This document shows positions 1-16,779 of a DNA stretch of 27,977 nt, one piece after another (positions within the stretch are counted from its first letter, which is position 1; each line of letters begins with the position of its first letter). Position numbers and translations under genes: made by a program. The DNA is from Pseudomonadota bacterium. GTDB lineage: Bacteria; Bdellovibrionota_B; Oligoflexia; Oligoflexales; RGVZ01. A model generated the notes under the pieces. It was not told the origin of the DNA and did not search any database. It was given only the letters and a program-made list of their open reading frames with translations. The stretch lies in contig JBEGVZ010000047.1 of NCBI GenBank assembly GCA_041178085.1, forward strand, positions 1-27,977, read 5' to 3'.

Positions 1-1388
1 TGGCCAGCGCGGTTTCCTAAACCGTCATATGCAGCGTATTTGTAAAGGTCATGCAAGGTCGGGTAGTTGAAGACGGTTGCCAGCAGGTCATTAAGGCTTT
101 TCTTTTCCTGGACCAGCAGCAATCCAAAGTGAACGATCTCGGTCGCCAGCGGGCCAATGATATGAACTCCCAGGACTTGAAGCGTTTGTCGCTCGAAGAC
201 CAGCTTCAGGAATCCGTCCTTGACCCCCATGATCATGCCGCGATGCATGTCAGAGTAGCGCGCCTTGCCAGTGCAAACGTCCACTCCCTTGTCGCGGGCT
301 TCTTGCTCGGTCATGCCGACCATGGAGACCTCGGGAATGGTATAAATCCCGTACGGGAAGTTGCGCGTGACATCGCCCAGGTCCGTCAGGCCAAACATGT
401 GCGAGACGGCTACACGCCCCTGGTCCATGCTGGTGGCTGCCAGGGCAGGAAAGCCGATCACATCGCCCACGGCAAAGATATTTTTCACGGACGTCCGGAA
501 CTGAGCGTCAACCTCAACCACTTCACGCTTGCCAAGCTTCACACCGGCGGCCGCACAATTGAGGCTTGACGTCGCACCACTGCGACCGGCAGCAAACAGA
601 AACATGTCGGTCGCGATAACTTTCCCACTGTCCAGGGTCGTTGCCACCTTGTCGCCGTTTTTACCGACCGTCTTGATTGCGGACTTGAAATGGATTTCGA
701 CGCCAGTCTGGCGCATTTGTTCCACCAGCGAGTTCGATATTTCCGGATCCAGAAAAGGCATGATTTTGTCGCGGTCGTTGACCAGGTGAACCTGGCATCC
801 CATCGTTCCGAAAATGGTCGCGTACTCACAGCCGATCACCCCAGCCCCAACCACCAGCAGGCTCTGCGGAATTCGCTTCAATGCTAGAATCGAATCTGAG
901 TCGTGTACGACTTCACCATCAAAAGGAATACCGGGGGGATGAAACGGATAGCTGCCCGTGGCAATCAGGATATATTCTCCCCTCAACAGAACCTCGGCCT
1001 TCCCCGGGAGCATGACGCGAACCTGATTGGCATCAACGAAAGACGCAAGGCCCTCGATCAAGTCAACCTTGTGGATTTCAAAGTTTCTACGGACTTCCGA
1101 GGCGACGGTTTTCTGGACCAGCCGCTGCCGGTAAAAAAAGTCATCGATGGTCGTCTTTTGCTCGAGTTTCTTTTCTATGCCGTAAAGACCGGCGTCATTT
1201 TTACCCGAAAAGAAAAGAGCCGACTCTTTGAGGGTTTTGGATGGCAAGGTCCCGGTATTGACCCCAGCGCCCCCCGGGTCCCGTTGGGACTCGATCACTG
1301 CGACCTTCTTGCCAAAATAGGCGGCCTTGACGGCTGCTTTCTCCCCGGCAGGCCCACTGCCGATTACGATCAGGTCGTAGGAAACCAT
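1..1388 (-). CDS. sthA: Soluble pyridine nucleotide transhydrogenase SthA/UdhA (3' end runs off window)
   Basis: Manual translation from ATG at 1388 (absent from the ORF track because there is no stop in the window): MVSYDLIVIGSGPAGEKAA (FAD GxGxxG), GGAGVNTGTLPSKTLKE, VVGAGVIGCEYA (NAD site), IFAVGDVIGFPALAATSMDQGR, YGIYTIPEVS, FNYPTL..YKYAA, all characteristic of SthA. Confidence 0.9.
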   Translation of the reverse strand, partial: MVSYDLIVIGSGPAGEKAAVKAAYFGKKVAVIESQRDPGGAGVNTGTLPSKTLKESALFFSGKNDAGLYGIEKKLEQKTTIDDFFYRQRLVQKTVASEVRRNFEIHKVDLIEGLASFVDANQVRVMLPGKAEVLLRGEYILIATGSYPFHPPGIPFDGEVVHDSDSILALKRIPQSLLVVGAGVIGCEYATIFGTMGCQVHLVNDRDKIMPFLDPEISNSLVEQMRQTGVEIHFKSAIKTVGKNGDKVATTLDSGKVIATDMFLFAAGRSGATSSLNCAAAGVKLGKREVVEVDAQFRTSVKNIFAVGDVIGFPALAATSMDQGRVAVSHMFGLTDLGDVTRNFPYGIYTIPEVSMVGMTEQEARDKGVDVCTGKARYSDMHRGMIMGVKDGFLKLVFERQTLQVLGVHIIGPLATEIVHFGLLLVQEKKSLNDLLATVFNYPTLHDLYKYAAYDGLGNRAG

Positions 1389-1448
1389 CGAAAATCCCCC
1401 TTTAAATCCACTGAATTCCCTATATTTTTTCCCTGACCGGGTTTGTCG

Positions 1449-1477
1449 TTGACGAGCGTTTGCAAGACAGTTATGAC
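1449..1477 (+). promoter_or_regulatory. Putative sigma70 promoter for tRNA-Val
   Basis: TTGACG (1449-1454), 17-nt spacer, TATGAC (1472-1477), ending 14 nt before the tRNA 5' end. Confidence 0.6.
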
Positions 1478-1491
1478 CTCGGTTCACCCGC

Positions 1492-1568
1492 GCGGGCGTA
1501 GCTCAGTTGGTTAGAGCGCTACGTTGACATCGTAGAGGTCCCCTGTTCGAGTCAGGGCGTCCGCACCA
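1492..1568 (+). tRNA. tRNA-Val(GAC)
   Basis: Cloverleaf: acceptor GCGGGCG/CGTCCGC, anticodon arm CTACG-TT-GAC-AT-CGTAG, T-loop TTCGAGT, encoded CCA. Confidence 0.97.
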
Positions 1569-1592
1569 TCTTCCACCAGCAAAACCAATCGA

Positions 1593-2867
1593 TCAGAGAT
1601 TCGCACCGATACCGGCGCCGAAGCCTGTTTCCTTCATGGCCGTCTTGTCTGAACCAGATTTCAAGTCCAACCCACGGCGGTAAACCTCCGCTGACAGGCA
1701 GAATCCGTAATTGAGGCAATTCAGATAGCCGGCATTGAATACGGACAGGCTTCCATCACCGCGGGTCACCAGCTGGGCGGATCCGTACCAGGTAATCCCT
1801 TGCTTGATCCACTGCGGTTGGATACGGAGCCCGACAAAACCACGGGGTTCAAAATCCTGGGCCACGGGTAATGAAACCAGGCTGGCCTGAGGACCGACAT
1901 GCAGCGCAAAACCCTCTGGTTTTGCCCCAAAAAATCGGGTCACATCGTAGCCAACAGAAAAATTACCAAAGATGTGCTTTATGACCTCGGGCGGCTGGTC
2001 GGACGGAGCAGACGGGTAGGATGCCTTGATCCCGTGCCACTCGAGGTCCACAAAGATGCTGGCCGGATAAAAGGAAACGTCCTCCAGACGCAAAGCTCCA
2101 CCGATCGATTTCCCTCCTGATACCGAATAAGCAAGATCCCGCTGGATCTCCAGGTCCTCCGCCAGAACAATCTTACCCAGCAGGCGGAAAGAACTTACCG
2201 ACTCACGCACAGGATCACGCGGGTCGATGATATTTGCGAATGGTCCGAGGTAAACCTCCTCCGCTGGGGCGGCAGCTTCGGTCTTTGGGTAGAGCCATTC
2301 AGAGACCCTGTAAGTTGAGACACCGGTGCGCTGGACCTTGCCCATTCGCAGGCCCACAAAAGCGGCCGCGGTCTGATCATACAGGGGGTTCTCTTCTGAC
2401 GGGAAAATCCGGTAGATCTGCGCCTTGGCCCCCCCCGTCAACAAGGCCGTCTTGCCACGGAAACGGTATATGCGCTCGTACTTGTCTTTTGCTTCGCCCT
2501 CCAGCTTCTGCGTTGAAACCAGCCAAAGGGAATCTCCCCGAGCATCTGCACCTAGATCCAGGTGAACACCATCAACGCCTCCGGCAACCATCACGATCAC
2601 GCCGGGATGACGGTCGACCTCTCCAGTCGACTTTTTCCAACGCCAGAACAGGGGGGCGTCAGAGGCCAGAGATTCCATGGTCGCCCCGGATGAAAAAGCC
2701 GGATCGGCACTGACTTCCAGCACCAGCCCGGATGCCTTCAGTTTGGTCCAGCTGGCAGGGTCTGCAAGTTGGGATGCAACCGCCACAGGCGCTTGCCAGA
2801 TACAAACCATTATCAGGGACAGACCTGAAAAAAAGTGAGCTCGAAGGGCTTTTCGAAGGGACAGCAT
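1593..2867 (-). CDS. Hypothetical secreted protein, 424 aa, probable C-terminal outer-membrane beta-barrel
   Basis: Long ORF with a basic N-terminus, hydrophobic stretch and AVA|S cleavage-like site. The C-terminal half has alternating hydrophobic/aromatic strands ending GFGAGIGANL. No family recognised. Confidence 0.7.
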   Translation of the reverse strand: MLSLRKALRAHFFSGLSLIMVCIWQAPVAVASQLADPASWTKLKASGLVLEVSADPAFSSGATMESLASDAPLFWRWKKSTGEVDRHPGVIVMVAGGVDGVHLDLGADARGDSLWLVSTQKLEGEAKDKYERIYRFRGKTALLTGGAKAQIYRIFPSEENPLYDQTAAAFVGLRMGKVQRTGVSTYRVSEWLYPKTEAAAPAEEVYLGPFANIIDPRDPVRESVSSFRLLGKIVLAEDLEIQRDLAYSVSGGKSIGGALRLEDVSFYPASIFVDLEWHGIKASYPSAPSDQPPEVIKHIFGNFSVGYDVTRFFGAKPEGFALHVGPQASLVSLPVAQDFEPRGFVGLRIQPQWIKQGITWYGSAQLVTRGDGSLSVFNAGYLNCLNYGFCLSAEVYRRGLDLKSGSDKTAMKETGFGAGIGANL

Positions 2868-2874
2868 GGGGCTC

Positions 2875-2907
2875 CAACAATTTCACGTAATTGTTGAAAT
2901 TCTAGCA
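2875..2907 (-). promoter_or_regulatory. Extended -10 promoter (TG-C-TAGAAT) followed by an 8-6-8 inverted repeat (candidate operator)
   Basis: Minus strand TGCTAGAAT at 2907-2899. CAACAATT-tcacgt-AATTGTTG at 2875-2896 spans the predicted start site just upstream of the ATG at 2867. Confidence 0.45.
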
Positions 2908-2955
2908 TGCCCGGGCGGCTACTGGCAGCGGGGCGGCAAAGCGAAGCGAGGGGGT

Positions 2956-3267
2956 GCAGTTTAGGGGCTGATAAATGAGGACCGCAGGCCAGGAGCAACG
3001 CCGCAGATGTCCCTGAAAACGGGGACGCTGAAAAAGGGACAGATGCAAGGCGCGACGCAGCCAAGGACCGCAGTTTACTGCCAGGTAAATGAGGACCGCA
3101 GGCCAGGAGCAACGCCCCAGATGTCCCTGAAAAGGGTACCGAAAACGGGGACGCTGAAAAAGGGACAGATGCAAGGCGCGACGCAGCCGAGGCCCGCAGT
3201 TTACTGCCTGGTAAATGAGGACCGGAGGCCAGGAGCAACGCCGCAGATGTCCCTTTTTCAGCGTCCC
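2956..3267. repeat. Tandem array of three related ~120-bp palindromic elements (periods 114 and 126 bp)
   Basis: TAAATGAGGACCG[C/G]AGGCCAGGAGCAACGCC[G/C]CAGATGTCCCT recurs at 2972, 3086 and 3212. GGGACGCTGAAAAAGGGACAGATGCAAGGCGCGACGCAGCC recurs at 3022 and 3148. Confidence 0.95.
3148..3267. mobile_element. Complete 120-bp MITE/ERIC-like element with perfect 20-bp terminal inverted repeats
   Basis: GGGACGCTGAAAAAGGGACA (3148-3167) and TGTCCCTTTTTCAGCGTCCC (3248-3267), central TTTAC-N6-GTAAA hairpin, no transposase. Mobility is inferred. Confidence 0.65.
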
Positions 3268-3268
3268 G

Positions 3269-5350
3269 TCAGCGGCCCGTGATTCGGGTGAGCGTCGCGG
3301 GGGCAACCGGCTGATAGCTGTCAAATCGCATCGTGTAGGTCGCCCGCCCCTGGGAAATCGACCTCAGCTGGGTCGAATAACCGAACATCTGCTCGAGGGG
3401 GGCCGAGGCTTCGACCACCTGCAAGTGTCCGCGCATCGAAACGTTATTGATTTGGGCGCGGCGGCTGTTGAGGTCCGTGATGACGTTACTCAAATAGTCT
3501 TCGGGGACAAGGACCTCGATCCACATGACCGGCTCAAGCAGCTGGGGCGCAGCCTGACGAAGGGCCTGACGAAGGGCCAAAGACGCGGCCACCTTGAAGG
3601 AATTTTCACTGGAGATTTGCTGGTCAAATGCGCCCCCCAGAAGCTCTGCGCTGACACCAATCACCGGGAACCCGGCAATAGCACCCGCTTGCATCGACTC
3701 TAGAAGGCCCTTCCGCACGCCCTCCACAAATTGGGGAGGGACTTGCAACGGAGACGCCTTGTTCTTGAACAGGAGTCCGCCCTGGCCATCCGCACCCTCG
3801 GCTGGTTTCACGGCAATCCGGACCTTAGCGAACTGGGCCACCCCAGCGCCTTCACGGGCAAATGTTTCTTCGACTTCCGCTTCACCCATGATCGTTTCGC
3901 GGTAAGAAACCTGGGGGGCACCGACGTTGGCCTCGACCTTGAACTCCCGCTTCAAGCGGTCGACGATGATGTCGAGGTGCAACTCGCCCATGCCGTTGAT
4001 CAGTGTCTGTCCCGTTTCGCTGTTGTAGTTTACCCGGAAAGATGGATCTTCGTTTTCGAGGCGTTCGAGGGACTTCATGAGCTTTTCGAGATCTGCGGTG
4101 CTTTTCGGTTCGATAGCGATCGAAATCACCGGTTCCGGAAAAACAACAGACTCAAATCGGATTGGATGCTTCTGGTCACAAATCGTATCACCGGTCGCAA
4201 TCTGTTTGAGGCCGGACAGGGCGCAAATATCCCCAGCCTCTACGGTCTGGAGTTCTTCTCGTTGATTGGCCTGCATGCGCAGGATCTTGGTGATCCGCTC
4301 ACGTTTGCCAGTCCGGGTATTCAGCACAACCTCGCCCACAGAAAGCTTGCCGGAATAGACGCGCGCAAAAACCACCTGACCAACAAAGGGATCACTCATG
4401 ATCTTGAAGGCGATGCCTGAAAATGGCTCACCGGCGTCGCGCTTGCGCACCAGCTTGGTTTCCTTGTCATCTGCGCTCAGACCTTCCACAGGAGGCAAAT
4501 CAAGGGGCGAAGGCAGGTAATCAATCACGGCATCGAGAAGGGGCTGGACGCCTTTGTTCTTGAAGGCACTGCCGCAGAAAACAGGAACAATCTTGAAGGC
4601 AATGGTTGCACGGCGGGCTGCAGCCTTGAGTTCCGCCTCTGAGGGCTCAACCCCTTCGAGGTATTTTTCCGCAATCACATCGTCAACATCTGCGAGCGAA
4701 GAAATCAAAGTCTCGCGGGCGGAAGTTGCTGCATCTTTCAGTTCAGAGGGAATAGCAGTCTCTTGGTACTTTTCACCGCGGGTCGTGTCGTCAGCAGCCC
4801 ACAAGAGAGCCTTCATGCGCACCAGGTCAATCATGCCGGCAAATGCATCTTCAGCACCGACAGGAAGCTGGAAAGCGACGGGGTTCGCTGCCAGCCGCTC
4901 GCGGATCGACTGCACTGAGGCATCAAAGTCGGCGCCAACACGGTCGAGCTTGTTGATGAATGCAATGCGAGGGACATGATATTTGTCGGCTTGGCGCCAA
5001 ACCGTTTCCGACTGGGGTTCGACCCCGGAAACACCGTCGAACACGGCAACTGCCCCGTCAAGAATCCGCAGCGAACGTTCAACTTCGATGGTGAAGTCAA
5101 CGTGACCTGGCGTGTCGATGATATTGATCTGGTTGTTGCGCCACTTGCACGATACTGCGGCTGCTGTGATGGTGATGCCGCGCTCTTGCTCCTGCACCAT
5201 CCAATCTGTCGTGGCTGTGCCTTCGTGGACTTCACCGATCTTGTGGATCTTGCCTGTGTAATAAAGGATGCGTTCTGTCGTCGTCGTCTTGCCCGCGTCA
5301 ATGTGGGCCATGATGCCGATGTTACGAAGGATCGATTGGTCAAGTGCCAT
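3269..5350 (-). CDS. fusA: Elongation factor G (divergent domain IV; possibly recycling-type paralogue)
   Basis: [49 protein letters not shown]. Start taken at ATG 5350 (MALDQ), 693 aa. Confidence 0.95.
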   Translation of the reverse strand: MALDQSILRNIGIMAHIDAGKTTTTERILYYTGKIHKIGEVHEGTATTDWMVQEQERGITITAAAVSCKWRNNQINIIDTPGHVDFTIEVERSLRILDGAVAVFDGVSGVEPQSETVWRQADKYHVPRIAFINKLDRVGADFDASVQSIRERLAANPVAFQLPVGAEDAFAGMIDLVRMKALLWAADDTTRGEKYQETAIPSELKDAATSARETLISSLADVDDVIAEKYLEGVEPSEAELKAAARRATIAFKIVPVFCGSAFKNKGVQPLLDAVIDYLPSPLDLPPVEGLSADDKETKLVRKRDAGEPFSGIAFKIMSDPFVGQVVFARVYSGKLSVGEVVLNTRTGKRERITKILRMQANQREELQTVEAGDICALSGLKQIATGDTICDQKHPIRFESVVFPEPVISIAIEPKSTADLEKLMKSLERLENEDPSFRVNYNSETGQTLINGMGELHLDIIVDRLKREFKVEANVGAPQVSYRETIMGEAEVEETFAREGAGVAQFAKVRIAVKPAEGADGQGGLLFKNKASPLQVPPQFVEGVRKGLLESMQAGAIAGFPVIGVSAELLGGAFDQQISSENSFKVAASLALRQALRQAAPQLLEPVMWIEVLVPEDYLSNVITDLNSRRAQINNVSMRGHLQVVEASAPLEQMFGYSTQLRSISQGRATYTMRFDSYQPVAPATLTRITGR

Positions 5351-5381
5351 AAGAAACACCCAAAGAACGACAACCAGTTAT

Positions 5382-5421
5382 AAAAAAACCCAGAGGCACC
5401 AAGAATGGCGCATCTGGGTTT
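5382..5421 (-). terminator. Intrinsic terminator between rpsG and fusA
   Basis: Minus strand AAACCCAGATGCGCCA-TTCT-TGGTGCCTCTGGGTTT hairpin (one mismatch, one G-U) running into a 7-U tract. Confidence 0.75.
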
Positions 5422-5436
5422 GTTTTCAAGCCAGGA

Positions 5437-5940
<504 letters not shown>

Positions 5941-5946
5941 TTATGC

Positions 5947-6330
5947 TCAGTTGGATGCTGCTTTTGGTTTCTTGGCGCCGTACTTGCTGCGGCCTTGGCG
6001 ACGTGCATTGACGCCTGCGCAGTCAAGGGTACCCCGTACGATGTGATAACGAACACCCGGCAAGTCTTTCACTTTACCGCCGCGTACCATCACCACGGAG
6101 TGTTCCTGGAGGTTGTGGCCTTCGCCGCCGATGTAGGAAGTGACTTCCACACCGTTGGTCAAACGCACACGGGCAACCTTACGGAGAGCCGAGTTCGGCT
6201 TCTTTGGGGTCGTCGTGTAGACGCGGACACAAACGCCACGACGCATCGGCGAGCTCTTCAGAGCTGGCGATTTCGTCTTTGATTTCTGGACCTTACGTCC
6301 ACTGGCAATCAACTGATTAATCGTTGGCAT
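5947..6330 (-). CDS. rpsL: 30S ribosomal protein S12
   Basis: [35 protein letters not shown]. Confidence 0.99.
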   Translation of the reverse strand: MPTINQLIASGRKVQKSKTKSPALKSSPMRRGVCVRVYTTTPKKPNSALRKVARVRLTNGVEVTSYIGGEGHNLQEHSVVMVRGGKVKDLPGVRYHIVRGTLDCAGVNARRQGRSKYGAKKPKAASN

Positions 6331-6371
6331 GTAAACCTGTTCCTTAAATACTGACCCTTAGCGGGTCCCGT

Positions 6372-6400
6372 TTCCTATCAAAGCGCCACCGCGTTTGCAA
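6372..6400 (-). promoter_or_regulatory. Putative sigma70 promoter of the str operon
   Basis: Minus strand TTGCAA (6400-6395), 17-nt spacer, TAGGAA (6377-6372) in the rpoC-rpsL gap. Confidence 0.5.
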
Positions 6401-6437
6401 CAGCGAATCAAGGGTTTCCAAGGCTTTACCGTGCACC

Positions 6438-10571
<4,134 letters not shown>

Positions 10572-10589
10572 GTTCTATCCCCCGCTTTC

Positions 10590-14756
<4,167 letters not shown>

Positions 14757-14844
14757 CAAGCACTCCTTAAAAAAAGATGCACGGAAACGAAAAGGACAGT
14801 CTGGAACAAACACCGCAAACAGAAAAACTAGACCGTGGAAACAA

Positions 14845-15008
14845 CCGGTCATGGCGCTTCAAGCACAACCACCCCAACAAGCAATCCATCAACAGGAGCT
14901 CGTGGGGTTGACAGTTAAGCAGCCTTGACCGGAGATGCGCGCAAGCCGCCGGGGCTGTTGTGGTTGTTCGTGCTCGGGCAGCTCTTGCAACCACTCAGCA
15001 CCGGCGGC
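14845..15008 (-). promoter_or_regulatory. Two long imperfect hairpins in the rplL-rpoB leader (candidate attenuator/RNase III sites)
   Basis: GCCGCCGG (14945-14952) pairs with CCGGCGGC (15001-15008), with inner GTGGTTG/CAACCAC. CCGGTCA (14845-14851) pairs with TGACCGG (14926-14932), with inner CCCCA/TGGGG. Confidence 0.45.
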
Positions 15009-15026
15009 CATGCCGCAGGGGCAAAG

Positions 15027-15407
15027 TTACTTAACTTCGACCTTGGCGCCGGCCTTCTCAAGGACGTCCTTGATTTTTGCCGACTCGTCTTTGCTCACGC
15101 CTTCTTTAACGGTCTTGGGAGCGCCTTCAACCAGGTCCTTCGCTTCTTTCAAGCCGAGGCCGGTGATGGTGCGGATTTCCTTGATCACGTTGATCTTGTT
15201 GGCGCCGCTGTCCTTGAGGACGACGGTGAACTCGGTTTTCTCTTCAGCAGCAGCAGCACCGCCAGCAGCCGGCATTGCAGCCATTGCAACCGGGGCAGCA
15301 GCAGAAACGCCGAACTTGGTTTCGAGTTCTTTCACGAGCTCAGCAGCTTCGAGCAGCGTGAGGTTTTCCAGATACTGGATTACTTGTTCTTTGGTAACGG
15401 CTGACAT
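15027..15407 (-). CDS. rplL: 50S ribosomal protein L7/L12
   Basis: Ala-rich hinge, [33 protein letters not shown]. Confidence 0.99.
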   Translation of the reverse strand: MSAVTKEQVIQYLENLTLLEAAELVKELETKFGVSAAAPVAMAAMPAAGGAAAAEEKTEFTVVLKDSGANKINVIKEIRTITGLGLKEAKDLVEGAPKTVKEGVSKDESAKIKDVLEKAGAKVEVK

Positions 15408-15455
15408 GGGTCTTCCTCCTAGAGCACCCCCGGCCCTTACGGACCAGGAGATTAA

Positions 15456-15989
15456 TTAAGCGTTCTTCTTGTCTTTGATTGCGTTGATAACCTGGACCAA
15501 GTTCCGAGGTACGCCGTTCAAGACGTTCAGCAAGCCACGGTGTGGCGATACCAGCGTCCCAACGATCCGCCCGAGAAGCACCTCTTTGCTTGGCAACTCC
15601 GAGATCGCCTTGAGCTCTTCCGGGGTTACGCGCTTGGTGTCCATGACGCCAGCGGTGACCTTGAACAGCTCAGGGCGCTCCTTGCCGAATTCCAGCAACG
15701 ACTTGGTCGCTGCTGCAAAATCGCCGTTGATGAGGACCAACCCGATTGGACCTTTGAGGTCGTTCAGGATGGCCGCCGTCTTGGGCGACTTGGCTTCAAT
15801 TGCTTTTTTGGCGACGCGGTTCTTGAGAACCTTGAATTCCGCACCGGCTGCACGCAGTTTTACCCGCAGCTCGGTCAGTTCCGCCACCGTCAGGCCACGG
15901 TACTCAGCAACAACTGCTCCGTTGGCCTTTTCAAAGCGCTCAGCGAGTGTGTCCCTGAGCGCCGCTTTTTGTGCACGATCCATAGCCAT
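15456..15989 (-). CDS. rplJ: 50S ribosomal protein L10
   Basis: EYRGLTVAELTELR, KVLKNRVAKKA, ISELPSKEVLL; located between rplA and rplL. Confidence 0.97.
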   Translation of the reverse strand: MAMDRAQKAALRDTLAERFEKANGAVVAEYRGLTVAELTELRVKLRAAGAEFKVLKNRVAKKAIEAKSPKTAAILNDLKGPIGLVLINGDFAAATKSLLEFGKERPELFKVTAGVMDTKRVTPEELKAISELPSKEVLLGRIVGTLVSPHRGLLNVLNGVPRNLVQVINAIKDKKNA

Positions 15990-16020
15990 GGTTCGAATCC
16001 TCTCGTCTTAACCCGCTCAA

Positions 16021-16716
16021 TCAACCACGGAAGGGCGCCGGATCAATCTTGATACCCGGGCTCATGGTCGAGGAAACGCTAATCTTCTTCAAATAGGTGC
16101 CTTTTGCGGTCGATGGCTTGGCCTTGACCACCGTTTCAAGCACGGTACGGATGTTGTCCGCCAGCTTGTCCGTGGTGAAGCTTGCCTTGCCAACCGGACA
16201 GTGCGCAATGCCGGCCTTGTCGACCCGGAATTCCGTACGACCTGCCTTCAACTCGTTGATGGCCTTGGTGACTTCGAAGGTAACCGTGCCAAGCTTCGGG
16301 TTCGGCATCAAACCACGCGGACCAAGAACCCGGCCAAGCTTACCAACGACGCCCATCATGTCCGGGGTCGCGATCACCTGGTCGAAGTCCAGCCAGCCGC
16401 CGTTGATCCGGGTCGCGAGATCATCGCCACCAACAGCTTCAACGCCTGCTGCCTGAGCCTGCATGGCTGCGTCGCCCTTGGCGAACACAACGATTCTGAC
16501 GGTTTTGCCGAGGCCGTGAGGTAGCGGAGTGGTTCCGCGAACGTTCTGGTCGGCGTGACGAGGGTCCACACCCAGGTTGATGGCCAGATCAACTGTGCCA
16601 TCAAACTTGGAATAGGACACATCTTTCAGGAGTGCCACCGCTTCATCAAGTGGATACAGCTTGTTGCGATCCACTTTTTCTGCGGCAAGGCGGTACTTTT
16701 TGCCTCTGCTTGCCAT
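16021..16716 (-). CDS. rplA: 50S ribosomal protein L1
   Basis: [38 protein letters not shown]. Confidence 0.99.
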   Translation of the reverse strand: MASRGKKYRLAAEKVDRNKLYPLDEAVALLKDVSYSKFDGTVDLAINLGVDPRHADQNVRGTTPLPHGLGKTVRIVVFAKGDAAMQAQAAGVEAVGGDDLATRINGGWLDFDQVIATPDMMGVVGKLGRVLGPRGLMPNPKLGTVTFEVTKAINELKAGRTEFRVDKAGIAHCPVGKASFTTDKLADNIRTVLETVVKAKPSTAKGTYLKKISVSSTMSPGIKIDPAPFRG

Positions 16717-16726
16717 ATCATTCTCC

Positions 16727-16764
16727 GTAGTTCAATCGAGCCGGCACCAAGCCCGCTCTCCTAC
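16727..16764 (-). promoter_or_regulatory. L1 autoregulatory mRNA site between rplK and rplA
   Basis: Minus strand GUAG-GAG-AGC...GCU-CGAUUGAA-CUAC immediately before the rplA SD (GGAG), matching the helix/asymmetric-loop pattern of known L1-binding sites. Confidence 0.65.
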
Positions 16765-16779
16765 TATGTACAAACCTTG

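Noticed and set aside
51..1436. Plus-strand ORFs of 172 and 177 aa
   Set aside because: Antisense to sthA, which is the clearly recognisable gene on the minus strand.
2956..3267. Possible CRISPR array
   Set aside because: Units are ~120 bp and nearly identical throughout, with no unique spacers and no cas genes.
2813..3324. ORFs of 141, 140 and 91 aa with internal peptide repeats
   Set aside because: Translations of the DNA repeat array; they overlap neighbouring genes.
14757..14852. N-terminal extensions in the ORF track for rpoB (also secE, rlmB, ntrX, fusA, nusG)
   Set aside because: Downstream starts have SD sequences or stop/start overlaps and match family N-termini; some extensions overlap tRNAs or other genes.
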